This document shows, piece after piece, positions 59,479-64,000 of a stretch of 64,000 nt of DNA. This stretch comes from Candidatus Woesearchaeota archaeon CG1_02_57_44 (GTDB lineage Archaea > Nanobdellota > Nanobdellia > Woesearchaeales > CG1-02-57-44): assembly GCA_001871415.1 (NCBI GenBank), contig MNWW01000066.1, forward strand, positions 2,091 through 66,090. Direction: 5' to 3'. The translations under genes and the position numbers were made by a program. The notes under the pieces are model-generated. The model searched no databases, was not told the origin of the DNA, and was given only the letters and a program-made list of their open reading frames with translations. Position 1 is the first letter of the stretch. Each line of letters starts with the position of its first letter.

Positions 59479-59540
59479 CGTTGCCCCTTCGCCATATCTG
59501 AAGCTATCTGAAGCGCGGCGCCGCGCGTTGCCCCTCGCCA
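59479..59540. repeat. Nested short direct repeats in the eif6-prs spacer
   Basis: CGTTGCCCCT(T)CGCCA twice, flanking TATCTGAAGC twice and the palindrome GCGCGGCGCCGCGC. Confidence 0.6.
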
Positions 59541-59555
59541 CCTAGGCTGTCATCC

Positions 59556-60266
59556 CTAAGACGTCATCTCAAGACTGGCGTCGTAGAGCTGCTGCACCTC
59601 GATAGGTGTGCAGGCAGAGCCAATGAGCAAGCCATGCGCGTTTCCCAACAGGCCTGAGCGCATGTGCACCACACCGCGATTGACCGTGACCCTGAACAGG
59701 CGCAGCCCGAGGGCAGACTCAGCGTAGCTGAGCTCCTCATCGCTGATGGTCGCCGCGACGAATCCGAAGGAGGATGCACTATTGGAGCTGCCTTGTGGCG
59801 CCGCGAGCGGCATGGCAAGCTGGCCCACCTGCGGCAGACCTGCTATCAGACCCGGGCGCAGCGGCTTGTCGAGGGCCTGCCTGACGCGCTTTTTTACTAC
59901 TGCGCTCAGCTCATCGCTGGCAAGGATGCCCTGGCCTACCGCTATCAGATTGCCAAGCGCGGTCTCCTTTGCCTCGATGATATGACACGTCAGCCCCTGC
60001 TGCTCGAGGAAGACAACCTCCTGGGGTAACACGGTCTGTGGAAGCAGGATATTCTTTCCATCAAGAACCGCGAATATGCCAAGCAATGATGAGCCGGAGA
60101 TAGAACAGAGAATAGGATCCAATCCGGTAATCCTCTTAACCTGGGGGACTGCATGCGCCATATCCCTGCCTAAGAGGCAGATTTCGCTGCTGCAGCACCC
60201 ATACAACCCGATTGCTGGCACCGTGGCCTTTCCCAGTTTCATTACCTTCTGGAAAGGGTCCAGCAT
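59556..60266 (-). CDS. eif6: Translation initiation factor 6 (aIF6), divergent
   Basis: IGLYG, GSSLLG, TALGNLI, IAGLPQVG, TVNRG...RSGLLGN..GLLIG..TP.E. Confidence 0.8.
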   Translation of the reverse strand: MLDPFQKVMKLGKATVPAIGLYGCCSSEICLLGRDMAHAVPQVKRITGLDPILCSISGSSLLGIFAVLDGKNILLPQTVLPQEVVFLEQQGLTCHIIEAKETALGNLIAVGQGILASDELSAVVKKRVRQALDKPLRPGLIAGLPQVGQLAMPLAAPQGSSNSASSFGFVAATISDEELSYAESALGLRLFRVTVNRGVVHMRSGLLGNAHGLLIGSACTPIEVQQLYDASLEMTS

Positions 60267-60328
60267 TTAAATATTTAGGCCAGCAGGCGGCTGTAGGAAG
60301 TACTCGCTTCGCTCGGGCATGCGGCAAG

Positions 60329-61252
60329 CTACTTACCCAGCCCCTCAACGACTTCGCGCACGTGCTCAGCGGACTTACGAAGCGCCGCGAGTTCCTCTGA
60401 AGGCAGATTGAGTTCCACCACTTTTTCAACACCTGCCTTGCCAAGCACCGCAGGCACGCCCAGGTAAACGCCGGAAATGCCATATTCCCCATCCAGCCAT
60501 GCCGCAACAGGCAATATGGCCTTTTCATCATGAAGTATCGCTTCGATAAGCTGCATGATTGAGACTGCCGGCGCGTAAAAAGCAGAGCCAGTCTTGAGGA
60601 GATTCACAATCTCAGCGCCCCCTTTTCTGGTGCGCTGCACCGCAGTGGCAATGTCCTCGGCTGGAAGCATGGTTTCAAGCGGAATGCTGCTGACGGTCGC
60701 GGCGCTGGTCAAAGGCACCATATCATCACCATGACAACCAAGCACCATGCACTGCACGTCCCGGGCAGGATGTCCTGAGACCTTGCTGATGAAATGCCTG
60801 AAGCGCGAGGTATCAAGCGTTCCCGCCATGCCCATCACGCGCTCTTTTGGAAATCCTGTCACGCTCTGCGCGGTCGTGGTCATAGCGTCCAGGGGATTGG
60901 TCACGATAACCAAAATTGACTCGGGCGCGTGCCTGGCCACTTGCTTGGCCACATTGGTGACTATCCGGTGATTGATGGCCGCCAGCTCATCACGGGTCAT
61001 GCCGGGTTTACGTGGGCTTCCTGCGGTAATGACCACTATTTCAGCCCCCTTGGCCAGGGCGTAATCATTGCCTCCGGTCACAGAAACAGTACTGCCCAGA
61101 ATGGCGAGGGACTGGCTGATGTCCAGCGCCTTTCCTTCAGGAACACCCTCGACAATGTCGATAAGCGCAATGTCCGCCACATTACGCGCTGCAAGCACAA
61201 AACCCAGGGTCGCACCCACATTACCAGACCCGATAATCGCGACTTTTGCCAT
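60329..61252 (-). CDS. mdh: Malate dehydrogenase (LDH-like)
   Basis: GSGNVG, GKALD, TAGSPRKPGMTRDEL, VTNPLD, LDTSRF, HGD, GGAEIV. Confidence 0.95.
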   Translation of the reverse strand: MAKVAIIGSGNVGATLGFVLAARNVADIALIDIVEGVPEGKALDISQSLAILGSTVSVTGGNDYALAKGAEIVVITAGSPRKPGMTRDELAAINHRIVTNVAKQVARHAPESILVIVTNPLDAMTTTAQSVTGFPKERVMGMAGTLDTSRFRHFISKVSGHPARDVQCMVLGCHGDDMVPLTSAATVSSIPLETMLPAEDIATAVQRTRKGGAEIVNLLKTGSAFYAPAVSIMQLIEAILHDEKAILPVAAWLDGEYGISGVYLGVPAVLGKAGVEKVVELNLPSEELAALRKSAEHVREVVEGLGK

Positions 61253-61364
61253 AACTTGGGGTGCAAGGCCGCACAATAAAAAGATTTGGAAAATCAAGCA
61301 CACATTTGGACCAACGCCCAAACCTACGCAACATTAATAAGCGGCCTGCAAGCGCCTCATTGCC

Positions 61365-62144
61365 ATGAACCCTGTGAGGAAGATGCGCGAGCCTGAAGGA
61401 ACCCCTTACTGCTTCACCAGCCCTGGCTCCGGAACGACCCTTTCGAGCAGCATTGTCGGCGACAGTGACAAGGTCATCTTCATCGCACACGGATATCTGG
61501 CTGACAAGGAGCGAGGCCTTTATCAGATGCTCGCCAGGCATCTGGCCCAAAAAGGCCTGGGCACCTTTCTCATGGATTTCGCTGGCCACGGACAATCCCA
61601 CGGCAGCCCTGAGAACTCGAATCTTTCCACCATGCTTGACGATATCACAGCAGGCCAACATTTCCTGAGGACACGACGCAGAACCATTGTCGGCTTCTTC
61701 GGAGAGAGCATCGGAGCCACTGCCGCGTTGCTCTTTGCCTCCACCGTGAATCTGCGCTGCCCGTTGGTCCTTTTGGCCGCGCCCGCTGACAAGGACGCGG
61801 TATGGGATGAAAAGACCGTCACGAGATGGAAAGAATCCGGCCTGGCTATGCCGCAGGGTAAAAACAAGGTCATTGTCCCCTACAGTTTCTATGAGGACTT
61901 CTCCTCGCACGACATAGAGCGCGCGGCCAAGCACTACCAAGGCCCGGTCCTGGTGCTGCAGGGTGACAAGGATACGACCGTGCCTCTGCATCAGAGCGAG
62001 CGACTCTCGCAGCTCTTCCTTGACGGCAGCTTCGGCCTCATCCCAGGCGCGAACCACTACGCTCTGCTTCCTGATCAGCGCAGACTGGTCGTATCGCAAG
62101 CGATAGACTTCTTTCTCGCGCATCCGATGGACCCGCATGCATAG
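61365..62144 (+). CDS. Alpha/beta hydrolase
   Basis: AHG, DFAGHGQS.G, GESIG nucleophile elbow, GDKD, GANH. Confidence 0.88.
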   Translation: MNPVRKMREPEGTPYCFTSPGSGTTLSSSIVGDSDKVIFIAHGYLADKERGLYQMLARHLAQKGLGTFLMDFAGHGQSHGSPENSNLSTMLDDITAGQHFLRTRRRTIVGFFGESIGATAALLFASTVNLRCPLVLLAAPADKDAVWDEKTVTRWKESGLAMPQGKNKVIVPYSFYEDFSSHDIERAAKHYQGPVLVLQGDKDTTVPLHQSERLSQLFLDGSFGLIPGANHYALLPDQRRLVVSQAIDFFLAHPMDPHA

Positions 62145-62227
62145 ATAGGGTAAGGCGCTCCCAGCAAGGGGCTCTCTCTGGGGGCTTACTGTGTCGCTTC
62201 GTGCGCCTCCTCCCCTTCGTATGTGGC

Positions 62228-62677
62228 TCACCTGGCCCGCAGCGCGAGTGTGGTACCTATCTTCGCCAATAGCATCACACCCAGCACACCAAACAGCCAG
62301 GGGTCCATGCCTGAGAGCGACAGCGTCGTCATGCCACCCTGCTGCGCCTGCCAGCCCTGCCAGAACAACGCCACCAGCAGAGCGACGATGGCAGCGAATG
62401 AGCAGTTACGCTCGATGATGAGCTGATGCATGCGCTCACGCTCATCATGCACGCTGTCCAGCTTGACCATGATGCTCAATGTGTCTATCACCAGCACCGC
62501 GACCACGACGCCGATGGCCGCCTGTCTCACAGCATCAGCGACGGGCAGATAGGCGATAGCGAGGATCACCGCTATGAACCCCACAATATAGAGCCAGCCC
62601 TCTTTGGTCTTGGGCCTTATGCCCCAACCCAGGATACGGTACGTGAACCATTCAGGTTTTCCGATCATATGCATCAC
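62228..62677 (-). CDS. Membrane protein (DUF2178-like, DERE motif)
   Basis: GWGIRPKTKEGW, TM pair, DERE, TM pair. Confidence 0.75.
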   Translation of the reverse strand: MMHMIGKPEWFTYRILGWGIRPKTKEGWLYIVGFIAVILAIAYLPVADAVRQAAIGVVVAVLVIDTLSIMVKLDSVHDERERMHQLIIERNCSFAAIVALLVALFWQGWQAQQGGMTTLSLSGMDPWLFGVLGVMLLAKIGTTLALRAR

Positions 62678-62682
62678 CTCTC

Positions 62683-63078
62683 TTAGTGCCGCCTCAGCAG
62701 CGCATGATAACTGACCATGTACACGATCAACACCGCGCAGACCAGCTCGGCCATGAGCATCCCGTAGCTTACCGCAAAGTCAATGAACCCATCGGCCACC
62801 ATGATAGCGAACGCGAGGAGCATGAAGCCCACCAGCGCGACTCTCGCGGATTTGAAGGCGACAAGCTCCATGCGCTCATCAACAAGACGCTTGCGCTTGC
62901 GCATACCCCGCAGCAGCGTCATCACCAGACTCACCATGCCGATGTAGATGAGCCACGCGCCCGCTGAGCTGAATCCCAGATAAGGACGCTCTCCAACACC
63001 GCTCAGATGGGTCGCGATGCCAGCCACCAGGAAGACAAACGCGAATCCGAGACCCCATAAGGTTCTTGTTTTATTCAT
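62683..63078 (-). CDS. DUF2178-like membrane protein
   Basis: TM pair, LVDERM....KSAR, TM pair. Confidence 0.75.
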   Translation of the reverse strand: MNKTRTLWGLGFAFVFLVAGIATHLSGVGERPYLGFSSAGAWLIYIGMVSLVMTLLRGMRKRKRLVDERMELVAFKSARVALVGFMLLAFAIMVADGFIDFAVSYGMLMAELVCAVLIVYMVSYHALLRRH

Positions 63079-63090
63079 GACTGCATCGCC

Positions 63091-63288
63091 TCATACACCA
63101 AACAACTCCTCCACCTTGCACCGGAACGCTTTGGCCAATCTCAGCGCGAGCTCCAGACTCGGCATGTATCGTGCGCCCTCAATGCTGATGATGGTCTGAC
63201 GCGATACGCCGACCATGCCTGCCAGCGCCTCTTGGCTCAATCCCTTTGCCTCACGCCGCTCGCGCAGCAGGTTCTTGCTCAATGCCAT
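63091..63288 (-). CDS. XRE/Cro family HTH transcriptional regulator
   Basis: LRERREAKGLSQEALAGMVGVSRQTIISIE..RYMPSLELALRLA..F...VEELF. Confidence 0.93.
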   Translation of the reverse strand: MALSKNLLRERREAKGLSQEALAGMVGVSRQTIISIEGARYMPSLELALRLAKAFRCKVEELFGV

Positions 63289-63320
63289 GGCCGTCTCCGA
63301 GTTCTCTCTCCGACACAGAT

Positions 63321-63352
63321 GTAAAGCTAGCTTTACGTAAAGTATGCTTTAC
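63321..63352. promoter_or_regulatory. Two tandem palindromic operators GTAAAG-N4-CTTTAC
   Basis: GTAAAGCTAGCTTTAC (63321-63336) and GTAAAGTATGCTTTAC (63337-63352), abutting a minus-strand TATTTATA. Confidence 0.8.
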
Positions 63353-63510
63353 TATAAATAGGTTTTGATAGCATTGGCCCTCCCATAGTATCTGCGCCAG
63401 ACTCCCCTCCTGCATGCTCTGCAGAACAGGTCACACTGTATTGCCCCTGCGGGCCGCATTCATTCGGCCGCCCCGAAACATTTAAGAACCATGGCGCACC
63501 TGGCACACCT

Positions 63511-64000
63511 ATGCGCATCGCTGTTGTCGGGTATAAAGTTGGACCTTTGCACGCCGCTTTGACCAAGGCAGGATTCACGCTTACTGCGACTGCGATCCCT
63601 GGCACCAGAGGACCAAGCACCACCCGTAAGCCATCGCTGGTCATCTCTTATGGCGGCGACGGCACCAGCCTGTACGCTGAACGCATCTATCCTGGCATAC
63701 CTCGCATCCTGGTACGGCACAGCCGCACGTGCAAACTCTGCAAAGTCCATGACTATACCACACTAATCAGGATCCTCAAAAATAAGCAATACACCATCAA
63801 GGAATACCTGAAGCTGGAGGCGTCAATCATCCGCGCCAGCGGCCAACCTAGACGGCAGGTCAAGCGCGCTGATACGGCAGGGCTCATCGCGCTCAATGAG
63901 ATAGCGATCCACCATAAACCACCGCACGCCCTGCGCTTCACGACCAGTGTCAGTGGCACGAAGACAATCATCGGCGATGGTGTCATCGTCTCAACACCGC
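63511..64000 (+). CDS. NAD(+) kinase, truncated at the right window edge
   Basis: Manual translation from ATG 63511: MRIAVVG...ISYGGDGT...ALNE...IIGDGVIVSTP; TTTAAG upstream. Confidence 0.88.
   Translation, partial: MRIAVVGYKVGPLHAALTKAGFTLTATAIPGTRGPSTTRKPSLVISYGGDGTSLYAERIYPGIPRILVRHSRTCKLCKVHDYTTLIRILKNKQYTIKEYLKLEASIIRASGQPRRQVKRADTAGLIALNEIAIHHKPPHALRFTTSVSGTKTIIGDGVIVSTP

Noticed and set aside
61221..62231. 336-aa minus-strand ORF
   Set aside because: Antisense to the alpha/beta hydrolase
1..64000. Alternative genetic code (TGA or TAG reassigned)
   Set aside because: TGA, TAG and TAA all end well-recognised genes at the expected positions; only two isolated in-frame stops were seen
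1..64000. CRISPR array, tRNA, rRNA, transposase or integrase
   Set aside because: No regularly spaced repeats, T-loop/cloverleaf motifs, rRNA-like tracts or DDE/tyrosine recombinase motifs found by eye; a tRNAscan-SE/Infernal run would be decisive

Overview
GC-rich chromosomal segment of an archaeon, most likely a DPANN Woesearchaeota-like organism (inference). Archaeal markers are aIF6, prefoldin alpha, ZPR1, Kae1, Taw3, DtdA, archaeal SepF, an S-layer-like protein and TATA boxes about 20-30 nt upstream of many starts, mixed with bacterial-type metabolic genes. From left to right it carries: a type IV pilus/T2SS membrane-platform gene and ATPase; split NAD(P)HX repair genes around a pilin-like gene; a complete histidine operon (hisG, hisC-HAD fusion, hisB, hisH, hisF, hisA-hisIE fusion, hisD); pgm and a PfkB kinase; housekeeping and transport genes; a block of uncharacterised genes (large TIM barrel, HExxH protein, double Fis-type HTH, MNT-HEPN); an opine-dehydrogenase-like gene with an in-frame TGA; an S-layer gene with a glycosylation locus; Lrp; eif6-prs-pfdA-ftsY; mdh; an XRE/DUF2178-like operon with tandem palindromic operators; and a partial NAD kinase. 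I saw no rRNA, tRNA, CRISPR array or transposase. The most intriguing signals are two possible amino-acid-sensing leader peptides (His/Arg-rich before hisG, Thr-rich before lrp), two in-frame stops near enzyme N-termini, several unusual fusions, and low-complexity loop insertions throughout the housekeeping proteins. All family calls come from motif recognition by eye, not database searches.
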